From NCBI GenBank assembly GCA_035510735.1, contig DATKGN010000010.1, forward strand, positions 27,814-91,813: 64,000 nt of DNA. Direction: 5' to 3'. The position numbers and the translations under genes are program-made. Within the stretch, counting starts at the first letter, position 1, and each line of letters starts with the position of its first letter. The DNA comes from Patescibacteria group bacterium. GTDB lineage: Bacteria; Patescibacteriota; Microgenomatia; UBA10105; UBA927. Positions 47,971 to 57,932 of this stretch are shown here, in pieces. The notes beneath the pieces are model-generated. The model saw only the letters and a list, made by a program, of their open reading frames with translations. It had not been told where the DNA came from and searched no databases.

Positions 47971-48960
47971 ATGACGGTCATAAACGAACAAACTCATGCA
48001 TTCTATCAACAGGCAAATATGTATTTTCTCAATTTACCACCTGAGTTGAAAAATGCTCCTCTTTCGATCTTAACTGTGGATCTCGGGCGAAACAATGCTA
48101 TATCCGCCAAGTACATCGAACAGGCATTAGAGTCGCAAGATTTTGATTCTGTCCCCGAACAGTACCCAATTGGTGCCCGAATACTCGCCGAAACGGCACG
48201 GTTAATGGGATCCGCCTCACTGTCGACACCCGCCCAATTTCCGATCTCATTTAATAGGGAACGTGTGAGTAATTGGTCGGAGGGGATATTTAAACTGACA
48301 CTCTCATGGCAAAAAGAGGCATGGAAGAAGAATGGGAAAATAGTGAAGTGGGATCATAAGGTTGCATCCGCACGGTTGTATGAGCTGGGAATATCAGGAG
48401 ACCAGTACGGTCATCTCGTCATTCGTGGGGTTCAAAAACATCGTCTCAACCTCGTTTACCGACAGACACAGAATGCGCAAAATGTAGGACTTTTAGAAGA
48501 AAAGCGGGCAGGTGAAAATATTTGGAAATATATTAAAAAACATTCCGGTCGTAAGCCCGAACTATTCGGATTCTTAACTGCCGCACTCATCTTTGGCCCG
48601 CATGCCCGGGACGGAAAAATTGTCTTCCCGACGCCTGATTTCCAGCCAGAAATACGAAGTAGAGCAAACGAGATTAATGCCCTAAAAAAGAGCTCAGGAG
48701 ATTACTTAGACGATCATGCAAAAGACGAGATTAAAAAACGAGAAGATACTATCGCTATGATCCGTAAACGGACGGACTTTGCCGGTATGCTCGGCTCATT
48801 GGGTGTTCCAGTTGCAGAAGGTTCGCGTGAAGGCTATATGACGACAACACTCAACGATATTCTTAAGGGGATTGAGCGTTCCTGGCTAGACGATACGGGA
48901 GCGACGGTATATCCCCTCCGCACGATTCTCAATAAGCTCTATACCATGCAGATGCAATAA
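47971..48960 (+). CDS. Hypothetical protein
   Basis: 329-aa ATG ORF. Confidence 0.7.
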   Translation: MTVINEQTHAFYQQANMYFLNLPPELKNAPLSILTVDLGRNNAISAKYIEQALESQDFDSVPEQYPIGARILAETARLMGSASLSTPAQFPISFNRERVSNWSEGIFKLTLSWQKEAWKKNGKIVKWDHKVASARLYELGISGDQYGHLVIRGVQKHRLNLVYRQTQNAQNVGLLEEKRAGENIWKYIKKHSGRKPELFGFLTAALIFGPHARDGKIVFPTPDFQPEIRSRANEINALKKSSGDYLDDHAKDEIKKREDTIAMIRKRTDFAGMLGSLGVPVAEGSREGYMTTTLNDILKGIERSWLDDTGATVYPLRTILNKLYTMQMQ

Positions 48961-48972
48961 CGAAGCGCAAAT

Positions 48973-50463
48973 TTATTTATTGATTCTATACACCCCGACG
49001 AACTCATCATCCAGCGGTTTTTTATATTTTGCCACTAGCGTCATGTACTTTTCCAAACCCCCGTATTGATTTCCCCGTGACACAAAATACCACGGACGAT
49101 TGTTAAATACTCCAAAGCCTGCGACTTCTTTCATTTGTTCAAGGTAAAAGACCGGAATATGTTCGCGCGTCATATAGCTTAGGACCGCATCCTCAGGATT
49201 GCCGCTGTCAAGGCGCACAAAGACCACAATCGGCTGTTTTGCCGATTGGCGAGTCAGATACCCGACAGCCTCACTGACCCCCCAGCCTGACGTCCAGCCG
49301 GTCACATATTGGCTGAAATCCAACCGCGCCGCGGGAAGCGGTTTCAGAATAGAATAGAACTGTAACGGGAAAAAACTCAAAAGAACGCCCTCAAATGCAA
49401 CGGAAACGATAACAGCATACACAATAACACGCTTCTTACAATACGATAACCATAAAGCCGCCAATAATAATAAAGGAACCGAGCTCACGGCGAGATAACG
49501 GGCGGTTAAACTCGTTAACAGCATATATTCGATGAATATCGGGCCGAAAATCCACAGAGCCAATACCTGTACTTCCCGTTTTTTCCAGAATTGCCAGAGT
49601 GCGATACAAAAGACAATAACGGCAACGGGCCCTACAAATGCAAGAAGCCAACTCACAATCGCCTGTGCATTATTGAACCATTGATCGGGTGGCGTTGCTA
49701 AAATTTGCATGAGTGTTCTTGTTCGCACAATAGCCGTCATAGTTTTTGAATAATCGATATTCGGATTAAAGAGCACCGGCACCATGAGGGCAAATGCCGT
49801 CAATACTCCGCAAATAACCCAACTGACTACCACCTGCCACGTGGCGGCCCACTGTTTCCAGTTGATAAGCAGGGTGAAAAATACCAAAGGAACCGCAAGG
49901 AGCATGGTCGATTTATACCACCAGCCTGTGGCAACAACCGCGCCAAGGAGTATTCCTTTTGCGAGGGTAGGCTTCTGGGAAAACAGCAAGGAAAGATACA
50001 GAGCAAGCGTGAAGCACGCGGTAACCGGGCTTTCGGCAAGAGCCAACGTGTCAAAAAGGATGAGAAATGGACAGAGTGCGATGAGGAGTAATGTATAGTT
50101 TATGTCATTCTCGCGCAGGCGAGAATCGGTATTCATTTTCAAAGAATATATGGATCCTCGGGTCAAGCCCGAGGATGACAATATGGAAAAAACGCCCCAG
50201 AAGGTTACACAGGACCAGAGGATGCTGACAAGCCGCATGGAAATCAAGGGATCGAAGGGCAAACGTTGTATTATACCAAATGAAATGGCGACGAGCGGCT
50301 GTTTGCCGTCAAGGGTCCACGCCCACCAACGGCTGGGATCCTGTAAAAACCCAAGTCCCCAGTGCATATAAATGGCTTCATCATTAAAAATCGGTAAGCG
50401 GAAAGCCAATAGGAGCCGGAGGGTCAGGAATAATCCAAATATCACCCAAATACGACGGTTCAT
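48973..50463 (-). CDS. GT-C membrane glycosyltransferase (ArnT/PMT-like)
   Basis: FNDEAIY, DGKQPL, many TMs, K.T and RY motifs. Confidence 0.8.
   Translation of the reverse strand: MNRRIWVIFGLFLTLRLLLAFRLPIFNDEAIYMHWGLGFLQDPSRWWAWTLDGKQPLVAISFGIIQRLPFDPLISMRLVSILWSCVTFWGVFSILSSSGLTRGSIYSLKMNTDSRLRENDINYTLLLIALCPFLILFDTLALAESPVTACFTLALYLSLLFSQKPTLAKGILLGAVVATGWWYKSTMLLAVPLVFFTLLINWKQWAATWQVVVSWVICGVLTAFALMVPVLFNPNIDYSKTMTAIVRTRTLMQILATPPDQWFNNAQAIVSWLLAFVGPVAVIVFCIALWQFWKKREVQVLALWIFGPIFIEYMLLTSLTARYLAVSSVPLLLLAALWLSYCKKRVIVYAVIVSVAFEGVLLSFFPLQFYSILKPLPAARLDFSQYVTGWTSGWGVSEAVGYLTRQSAKQPIVVFVRLDSGNPEDAVLSYMTREHIPVFYLEQMKEVAGFGVFNNRPWYFVSRGNQYGGLEKYMTLVAKYKKPLDDEFVGVYRINK
50103..50180. repeat. 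78-nt REP-like element inserted in frame in the GT-C gene
   Basis: Same family as 41264-41338; 78 nt = 26 codons. Confidence 0.85.
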
Positions 50464-50577
50464 GAGTAAATAGTATCACGAAATTGATATATACGAGGTC
50501 AAATCGAACGTGATAGTAAGAAAATTTGCATTAATGCGATATATCAATTATAATTATAGGACATTCAGAACTCTCAT

Positions 50578-51051
50578 ATGACGGAAAAGCTCCAGCAAAT
50601 TTCAGTGAAAGATATTGACTTCGCAAGGCGTAGATTGGACCCCTTTTTAAATTACGAACTGCAGCAAAAGGATCCTGAGAGGCAAATTACTGAAACGTTA
50701 GGGTATCACTTTGAGTCGTTAGGACACAAACTAACACATGAAGGCTATCCATGTGAACTTTCAGAATACAGGGAAGGTTTTATACATGCGATTAGAAATG
50801 TATCTCAGGCAATTGAAACAGATGAAACTCAAATTCAATTTGACAGCCTCATTGCGATAAATATAGTTCAGTTTGTAAATTACAATGATAAAGCGGAGAT
50901 CGGAATAATGCACACGACAGGATATATAGATGCGTTGGCATTTCTTAAAAAGTATTATGATATATCGAAGAGAAAAGATCTAACATTTACTGAAATGACC
51001 CACGTGCTCGTACAATTTCATAATGCCGCAATGGGTTATCAATTTAGTTAA
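50578..51051 (+). CDS. Hypothetical protein
   Basis: 157-aa AT-rich ORF. Confidence 0.6.
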   Translation: MTEKLQQISVKDIDFARRRLDPFLNYELQQKDPERQITETLGYHFESLGHKLTHEGYPCELSEYREGFIHAIRNVSQAIETDETQIQFDSLIAINIVQFVNYNDKAEIGIMHTTGYIDALAFLKKYYDISKRKDLTFTEMTHVLVQFHNAAMGYQFS

Positions 51052-51901
51052 CTATCCCCTTCCAATCCTCCCAAAACCGGGCAACGCCGGAATCAGTAAG
51101 ATCATGGTGAAGATCAAATACTTTCCAATCCTGATCAAGAGAAAGTTCTTTATACGGAATCGGGATTAACCCCGGCACGTCATACACAAAATCATCGGAC
51201 GGTAAAGTAAATCCCCCATCACTCCACTCTTTAAATACTTTGAAAGGGATTGTTATGACGTGACTTTTTAGCCATAATGCATACAGTAAGTGTTTGATCG
51301 TCCGAACACTTGCCGTAAGGACATTGACATGTCCGTCACCCATCTTAAGCATGGCAAGTTCGTTGACGACTACGTCCATCCCGTTTTCCCCTTTATCATC
51401 AAGCCTGCCTACAAACGGCGAGAGAAATACGTCATAATTGTGTGTTTTGGTCACCGCGTAAACCGCAGCCGCCTGTTCCTGGGAAAAGTTTAACGTGATG
51501 TTAACCGGCCCCTCTTCACAAAATTCCTCGACAGCGGAGAGTCCCGCCGTCGTACACGGAAATTTAATAACGCCGTTCTTAATCCACGTAATGCGGTCGC
51601 GGGCTTGGGAAAGCATTTCTTCACTCGTCAATATCGCAGGGTCGCCGATCACCTGGATGGAAATTTTGCCATCGGGGATGATCTTACTCATTTGTGTAAC
51701 AACCCGGCGGTACTCGCTAAATGCTTCACCCATCGAAACCTTTTTCCCGCCGTTTTTGGCGGCAAAATTCTTGGCAATGAGGGTCGGGTTTGTCGTCTGC
51801 CCATCCAGTCCGTGATGACCTGCTTTTTTAAGCAGGTCATCCGCCTGTCTGGTCTCTTCCGGATCCCCGCCGTCTATATAAATATGTGATGGTAAATTCA
51901 T
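51044..51901 (-). CDS. tal: Transaldolase family protein
   Basis: DGQTTNPTL, IKFP.T..G, NITL.FS..QA, SPFVGRLDD, ASVR. Confidence 0.93.
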   Translation of the reverse strand: MNLPSHIYIDGGDPEETRQADDLLKKAGHHGLDGQTTNPTLIAKNFAAKNGGKKVSMGEAFSEYRRVVTQMSKIIPDGKISIQVIGDPAILTSEEMLSQARDRITWIKNGVIKFPCTTAGLSAVEEFCEEGPVNITLNFSQEQAAAVYAVTKTHNYDVFLSPFVGRLDDKGENGMDVVVNELAMLKMGDGHVNVLTASVRTIKHLLYALWLKSHVITIPFKVFKEWSDGGFTLPSDDFVYDVPGLIPIPYKELSLDQDWKVFDLHHDLTDSGVARFWEDWKGIVN

Positions 51902-52032
51902 AGTTCCTTTCTTTGCTTAAGGTCGGTGTGCAATTTGTGCGCAACTCTCAGGTAACATAAATTATCACCTTTCGGTATCCATAAGCTACGTGAGAGTGCT
52001 GAGCAAATTGTACACCTCCCCGCGCAGTATTA

Positions 52033-53946
52033 TTATTTACTCACTTTCACGAATGCATTAACCGATTCAATTATATCTGGCGCCGCAATCCCCTCATAGT
52101 CAAGAAGCTCTTTCGCTTTTCCCGACCTTGGCGTTTTGTTAACGGCAAGATGGATAAACGGAATCTTCGATCTTCCGACAATGGCTGATGCCACCGCTTC
52201 TCCCAATCCCCCTTCAGGATAATGGTCTTCAACAACAATGATTGCCTTCGTCTCCTTTGCAGCAGTGAGTAACGTCTTTTTGTCTATCGGTTTAACGGAA
52301 TACGCATCAATTACCCGGATGCCCACGCCGTCATTCTCTAGTTGTTCCTGCGCTTTGAGCGCTTCAAAAAGCGTGATGCCTGCGGCAACAACCGTAACAA
52401 TCTCTTTGGTATTTGCGTGATGGGTTTTACTGCCGCCAACAGGAAATTCATCGCTCTGGGTGTAGAGAATCGACGTCTCGGGACGGGTTGTTCGGATATA
52501 ACAAATGCCCTTTGTATTTAATGCATCTTCGGTAAGCCGCTCCGTGGCGTACGCATCAGCCGGGTAAAGAACGGTCGATCCGTGCACAGTGCGGAATAAG
52601 GCAAGATCTTCAAGCCCCATCTGCGATGGACCATCCTCACCAATTGAGACGCCTGCGTGCGAGCCGTTGAATATAATTGATGAACCGGAAAATGCCGCCA
52701 TCCGGATCTGATCGGCAGCACGGGTTAAAAAGCATGCAAATGATGAGACGACCGGATGAAAGCCGCGCGCGGAAAGACCGACAGCAACGCCGGTCATATT
52801 CTGTTCGGCGATAAAAAGCTCAAAAAACCGCTTCGGATACGCCACTCCGAAAAACTCGGTATAGGTTGAATTTTTCACATCCCCGTCAACAACGACAATA
52901 TGGGGGTCCGTCGCTCCGACCCGTTTCAAAGCGTTACCGAATGCTTTACGCGTTGCAACAGGTTTTGTGGGATCATAAAAAGGTGATGTCGGCTTGGTTT
53001 TATCGAGCGTGAGAGACACAGTAACGCTTGGCGCCTTATTGATGATGCCTCTCACTTTCTTATCAACAGGTGCAATTTCAGCGATCGCCTTTTCAAGCTC
53101 CTCTTTGGATAGCGGTTTCCCGTGCCACCCCGGCATATTTTCTATGAACGAGACGCCTTTGCCCTTCGTGGTTTTAGCAAGAATTACTGTTGGCCCCTTG
53201 CCGCCCAGCGCTTCCATCCACGCCGAATCAACGGATGCGACATCATTCCCGTCACTAACCGTAATGACGCGCCAACCGAATGCTTCAAAGCGCCGCTGAT
53301 ATATTTCAAGTTCATATTCGTACATCGTCGGGTCCGACTGTCCTAAACGGTTGACATCGACAACAAGGTAAAGATTGTTTATCTTTTTAAAGCTCGCGGC
53401 TGCTGCTGCCTCCCACACGGACCCTTCGGCAATTTCTCCGTCACCGGCGAGAATAAAGACACGAGGTAACGTATTAGGGGTTTCGTATTTTGTATTAGGG
53501 TTAATATTATTGTTTTCTCCGTACCCCCTAATTCCAATTCCCTGATACGACAAGCTCATCGCCAATGCTTCACCCAAACCGATGGACAATCCCTGTCCTA
53601 AGCTACCGGTTGCCGCCTCTGTATAGCGGAAACGCTCCGTCGGATGGCCCTCAAGATTGCTGTCAAACGTCCGGTACTTCATGAGCTCTTCTTCGGTAAT
53701 GGCACCCGCTGCTGCATACAAAGAATAATAAAGAGGCGATGCATGACCTTTGCTGAAAATCACGCGGTCGTTGCCTGGGTCTTTGGGATCAGCGAGGTTG
53801 TACCGCAAGTACTTAAAAAATAATACGGTCATAAGTTCCACAGCGGAAAGCGATGATGACGGGTGTCCGCTTCCGGCCTGGGTCGTTATTGTGAGGATGT
53901 AGTAGCGGATAAGATGCGTCAGTTTATCAAGTGATGTCTTATTCAT
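52033..53946 (-). CDS. tkt: Transketolase
   Basis: SGHP, SKGHA, TGSLGQG, GDGE, IAEQ, GEDGPSQ. Confidence 0.96.
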   Translation of the reverse strand: MNKTSLDKLTHLIRYYILTITTQAGSGHPSSSLSAVELMTVLFFKYLRYNLADPKDPGNDRVIFSKGHASPLYYSLYAAAGAITEEELMKYRTFDSNLEGHPTERFRYTEAATGSLGQGLSIGLGEALAMSLSYQGIGIRGYGENNNINPNTKYETPNTLPRVFILAGDGEIAEGSVWEAAAAASFKKINNLYLVVDVNRLGQSDPTMYEYELEIYQRRFEAFGWRVITVSDGNDVASVDSAWMEALGGKGPTVILAKTTKGKGVSFIENMPGWHGKPLSKEELEKAIAEIAPVDKKVRGIINKAPSVTVSLTLDKTKPTSPFYDPTKPVATRKAFGNALKRVGATDPHIVVVDGDVKNSTYTEFFGVAYPKRFFELFIAEQNMTGVAVGLSARGFHPVVSSFACFLTRAADQIRMAAFSGSSIIFNGSHAGVSIGEDGPSQMGLEDLALFRTVHGSTVLYPADAYATERLTEDALNTKGICYIRTTRPETSILYTQSDEFPVGGSKTHHANTKEIVTVVAAGITLFEALKAQEQLENDGVGIRVIDAYSVKPIDKKTLLTAAKETKAIIVVEDHYPEGGLGEAVASAIVGRSKIPFIHLAVNKTPRSGKAKELLDYEGIAAPDIIESVNAFVKVSK

Positions 53947-53985
53947 GAAGCTATCATACTCTAGGGATTATTATCCGTCCAGAGA

Positions 53986-54831
53986 TTAAAATAGGATCCA
54001 GAGTACGAAGAGGTATATCGCACCCATTTGGGTTAAAAACTTAACGACCTTGACTCCCCGCTGAAGCGAGACTATCTGTTGAGCTCCGCGTCCGGAGAGT
54101 GAAATCCAAATACCGTAAAATACCAATAATATAGGAAGCTGAATGATAATCGGGATGGTAAAAGTTGCCCAGGAGTACATATTGAAAACCAGGTAAAGAA
54201 TACCTGCCGCTGCTGCCAAAACCAAACCTGAAACGAGACTCCGGTCAATTCCTAATACGACATGGGTGTTGGCCAATCCCGCCTTTTCATCAGCCTGAGT
54301 GTCCGCAATTTGATACGGGAACATACCTGCAAGAATCGCAAGACTAGATATGATGCTAAATGCGGCAATAAAATTGACATTTGCTTTTCCCCATAAAGGA
54401 GCAAAAAACGGCAGCATCCAGGTAGCCACTATCTGTGAAATCAAATCCAGACCAAATCTGCGTTTGAGACGAATAGGCTCAAGGGAGTACGAAAGAGCGA
54501 TAGCGTAAATAACTACTGCCCACCAAATAAACCCGACATACCAACTCAATGCTAATCCAACGAGGGAACAAGTAATAAACATCAAAAGTACGACACGCTT
54601 ATCCAGGATGTCATTCTTTCTTATATGAATATTATTCCAACTGAGCCTGTCCGTATCGTTCCGGTCGGTGATCTCATTCACGATAAATGCAGAGATGGAG
54701 AGGAGTACTACCCCTATCGCCCACCAAAAGATGGACCAGTTACGGATTCCGGCGAATAGTCCGGCAGCAATTACTGAACTGAATGCCAGATATTGATCCT
54801 GGAGACGGAAAAGACGGATATATTTCCCCAT
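53986..54831 (-). CDS. UbiA prenyltransferase family protein
   Basis: NEITD...D, YS..P.RLK, D...D...G Asp-rich motifs; multiple TMs. Confidence 0.85.
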   Translation of the reverse strand: MGKYIRLFRLQDQYLAFSSVIAAGLFAGIRNWSIFWWAIGVVLLSISAFIVNEITDRNDTDRLSWNNIHIRKNDILDKRVVLLMFITCSLVGLALSWYVGFIWWAVVIYAIALSYSLEPIRLKRRFGLDLISQIVATWMLPFFAPLWGKANVNFIAAFSIISSLAILAGMFPYQIADTQADEKAGLANTHVVLGIDRSLVSGLVLAAAAGILYLVFNMYSWATFTIPIIIQLPILLVFYGIWISLSGRGAQQIVSLQRGVKVVKFLTQMGAIYLFVLWILF

Positions 54832-54846
54832 ACGGGAAATATCATA

Positions 54847-55500
54847 TCACGAAGACGAGACGTCCTTGAGTTGTTCGATGGCCGAGGGAATTCCGTCGGG
54901 ATTGTTGTATATAAACGAGGTAGACACCAATCTTGTGGCTCCTGCATCTACTGCAATTCTCGCTGTTTTATCATTAATCCCGCCGTCTACTTCAATAGGC
55001 AAATCCGGATAATGTTCATGGATCCGGCGTATTTTTTCCGTCGTCTCTTCAAGAAACGGCTGACCGCTGAAACCGGCCTCAATCGTCATCACGAGAACCG
55101 TATCAACCTGGTCCAAAAACGGCTCGGCCACCTCAAGCTCGGTTGCCCCGTCAATGGCTATCCCAACCTCGACGTGCTCATACTGAGCCTGGTCAAAGAA
55201 CACACGCGGATCATGTGCCTCAACGTGCGCAATAATCCGTTTGAATCCGTTATCGACAAGGGTTTTGAGATATTTTTCGGGACTGACGACCATGAGATGC
55301 GCTTCAAAAGACAAATGGGAAAGCTCGCGTTTGAGTACTGGCGTCCCAAACTTGGAAAAATCGAGGATGGTCGTATTTTGGACTAGCGTGTTATCGGCAA
55401 TATCAATTTGCACCCACTCCACATGCGGAGCTACAAGTAACAACCGTTCCTCAACGCGCGCCCACTCTTTTTCTAATATTCCCGGGATTACGTCAATCAT
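54847..55500 (-). CDS. rpe: Ribulose-phosphate 3-epimerase
   Basis: QIDIAD, EAHLMV, VMT..AGFSGQ.F, VDGGIN. Confidence 0.94.
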   Translation of the reverse strand: MIDVIPGILEKEWARVEERLLLVAPHVEWVQIDIADNTLVQNTTILDFSKFGTPVLKRELSHLSFEAHLMVVSPEKYLKTLVDNGFKRIIAHVEAHDPRVFFDQAQYEHVEVGIAIDGATELEVAEPFLDQVDTVLVMTIEAGFSGQPFLEETTEKIRRIHEHYPDLPIEVDGGINDKTARIAVDAGATRLVSTSFIYNNPDGIPSAIEQLKDVSSS

Positions 55501-55514
55501 AGATTCGTCATCAG

Positions 55515-55598
55515 ACACTCGTCATTCGTCATCCGGAGTCCGATATTCGACATTCGGGATTACATATTGCGGATCACGAATTACGGATGTCGGATTAC
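55515..55598. repeat. Heptamer (TCRTCAT/ATCCG-type) repeat hairpin between rpiB and rpe
   Basis: ctcgtcattcgtcatccg...cggatcacgaattacggatgtcggattac. Confidence 0.7.
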
Positions 55599-55605
55599 TT
55601 TTGTA

Positions 55606-56049
55606 TTATGTATCTCTTTCACTAATCTTATTTAAGCGCCGGTTATGCCGTTCGCCTGCTTCAAATTCAACAAGCAAAAAAGCCTTCACGAGCTCTTTTG
55701 CCTCGTCAAAATCGGTAAAATCTGCGGATAATGAAAGCACATTGATATCATTACTCTGACGATTGTGTTTTACATCCGCAACATGGACCGCAGTCGTGCT
55801 CCGTATACCATGAACCTTATTTGCCGCTATCGTGACGCCTCCACCTGATCCGCAAATCACAATACCGCGGCTCCCGGGGTCAGCTGCCACCTTATCTGCA
55901 ACGGCAAATGAAAAATCGGGAAAATCATCATCGGGATCATACTGTGTGTTCCCGCAATCCTGTATATCATTTCCCTGTTCACGAAGCCATAAAATCAATT
56001 TCTCCTTGAGGTGAAACCCGCGATGGTCGGCGCCTGTATAGATGGTCAT
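55606..56049 (-). CDS. rpiB: Ribose-5-phosphate isomerase B
   Basis: GADHRGF.LK, ICGSG.G..IAANK..G.R, RH.RR..KI. Confidence 0.95.
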   Translation of the reverse strand: MTIYTGADHRGFHLKEKLILWLREQGNDIQDCGNTQYDPDDDFPDFSFAVADKVAADPGSRGIVICGSGGGVTIAANKVHGIRSTTAVHVADVKHNRQSNDINVLSLSADFTDFDEAKELVKAFLLVEFEAGERHNRRLNKISERDT

Positions 56050-56054
56050 AAGTT

Positions 56055-56113
56055 AACAAATCAACAATACAACAAAGTAACAAAGTAACAAAGTAACAAA
56101 GTAACAAAGTAAC
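56055..56113. repeat. Octamer tandem repeat (AACAAAGT)n
   Basis: Five perfect copies plus degenerate ones between pgl and rpiB. Confidence 0.9.
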
Positions 56114-56842
56114 TTATTTTAGAGTACCAACTGCCTGATCAGTGTACAAGAGGCAGTGTGGCATTTCATTTATTATCCGGGCCGGAGTTTTATACAGCTC
56201 ACCCGTTGGCGCGAGCGCCGCATCAAGCGCTTTCTTTTTCCCTGATCCAACCGCATACACAATAGATGTCGTCACTTTCCGCAAAAACGGCAGGCTGACT
56301 GTAACCCGAAGCGGAAAGGGGTTGCGCCAACTGGCATCGTAGCCCACGACCCAGGTATCGCTATCCTCAAAGTAAAACTCAAATGTCCGCTTATCATCGG
56401 CGTACGGCATGATACCCGCGGTGTGTCCGTCCGGCCCCACTCCCTGAAGAGCGATAATAATGCCATCCGTATGAGCCATACTCCATGCTTTGAGAAAATC
56501 TTCAAACCGTTTAGCTAATTCTCCAATCGCTTCGTTGTCTTTAGGAACGCTTTCAAACGTTGTCACCCCACGCTTCACCGCTTCTTTATAAAAGTCGGTC
56601 TGGGAAAGCCGCAGGAAATTGTTGACGCCGGGATCTTTGGAAAACCGTTCGTCAAGAACCGCAACCGCCACATGCGCATCAAAAAGATCCATGGGAATGG
56701 AATGGAGAAGATTCAGTGATGAACCGCCGGAAACCAACAGAAGAACTGGTGTATTTTTATTCTCCCCAAGAACCTGGGTAAGCGCTTCCGATGCTTCCCG
56801 TGTCACTGTTGCTGTGTCTGAATATGAATGTATGTCGACCAT
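56114..56842 (-). CDS. pgl: 6-phosphogluconolactonase
   Basis: SGGSS, DER, G.GPDGHTAG, RVT, G..KK.AL; within the PPP cluster. Confidence 0.85.
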   Translation of the reverse strand: MVDIHSYSDTATVTREASEALTQVLGENKNTPVLLLVSGGSSLNLLHSIPMDLFDAHVAVAVLDERFSKDPGVNNFLRLSQTDFYKEAVKRGVTTFESVPKDNEAIGELAKRFEDFLKAWSMAHTDGIIIALQGVGPDGHTAGIMPYADDKRTFEFYFEDSDTWVVGYDASWRNPFPLRVTVSLPFLRKVTTSIVYAVGSGKKKALDAALAPTGELYKTPARIINEMPHCLLYTDQAVGTLK

Positions 56843-56849
56843 AATTATT

Positions 56850-56930
56850 TCGTTAACCGTTAACCGAAAATCGTTAAACGCTTTCTATCTATTTTAAGGG
56901 TTGACGGTTCACGATTCACGCTTAACGTTT
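56850..56930. repeat. Heptamer (CGTTAAC-type) repeat hairpin between gnd and pgl
   Basis: cgttaaccgttaaccg...gttgacggttcacgattcacgcttaacg. Confidence 0.7.
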
Positions 56931-56936
56931 TTTCGT

Positions 56937-57932
56937 TTACCGCGGCTCCTTATGTCCGCCGTACCCGGCCCGCAGAGCCGAGACTACTTTCCCTGCAAAC
57001 GTCGGATTGGTCACTGATTTTTCCCTGGCCCGTATTGAATCCTCAATAACTTTTGCTTCAACACCAAGTTCATATGCCTCCTCAAGGGTCCATTTACCGG
57101 TCTCTCCTCCGCCGACTTTTCCCGAATACGCTGTAAGTTTCGGATCACTGTCGAAAGCATTCGCCAATAGTTCAACGAGCCAACTCCGGACGACACTTCC
57201 ATGGCTCCACGTATGGGCAACCTTGGCAAAGTCAAGATCGTATGGCCCGTCTGCAAGAATCTCAAATCCTTCGCCGATTGCTTCATTCATCCCGTATTCA
57301 ACTCCGTTGTGAACCATTTTAACGTAATGTCCGGCGCCTGACGGACCGAAGTGCGCCCATCCATCTTTCACCGCAGCTGCATTCCAGAGCCAATCGAGCT
57401 TTTGAACTTCAGAAGTCTCCCCACCGATCATGAGACATGCGCCGTGCCGGGCTCCGGAGAGTCCTCCGCTCGTGCCGCAGTCGATGTAATGAATCCCTTT
57501 CGCCGCAAGCTCCTTACTACGTCGAACCGTATCTTTGTAGTAACAATTGCCTCCATCTATAACAATATCCCCTTTTTGTATACCAGAGGACATCAATTGT
57601 TCCAATACTTCATCGACGGGTTTACCATTAGGAACCATGAGCCAGATAACTCGAGGTGGAATTAATTGTTTTATGAGATCCAGAAGATCATAGGCGGGGT
57701 TGAGAGTACCAAGCTTTATCTTCTCGTGATCCGTGATCCGTGATCCGTGATCCGTATTAGCTTTTCCAATAACCGATGTCGGATTCCGAATGTCGGATAT
57801 CGACTTTGCGAACTCTTCCGTCACTTCACGTGTCCTGTTAAAGGCGACCACGTCAATATCCTGCTCCAACAGATGAAGCACCATATTCTTTCCCATGCGA
57901 CCAAGCCCAATAAAACCGAGTTGATGGCCCAT
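56937..57932 (-). CDS. gnd: 6-phosphogluconate dehydrogenase, decarboxylating, short form
   Basis: GLGRMG, DGGN, GTSGG, GAGHYVKMVHNGVEYG. Confidence 0.95.
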   Translation of the reverse strand: MGHQLGFIGLGRMGKNMVLHLLEQDIDVVAFNRTREVTEEFAKSISDIRNPTSVIGKANTDHGSRITDHEKIKLGTLNPAYDLLDLIKQLIPPRVIWLMVPNGKPVDEVLEQLMSSGIQKGDIVIDGGNCYYKDTVRRSKELAAKGIHYIDCGTSGGLSGARHGACLMIGGETSEVQKLDWLWNAAAVKDGWAHFGPSGAGHYVKMVHNGVEYGMNEAIGEGFEILADGPYDLDFAKVAHTWSHGSVVRSWLVELLANAFDSDPKLTAYSGKVGGGETGKWTLEEAYELGVEAKVIEDSIRAREKSVTNPTFAGKVVSALRAGYGGHKEPR

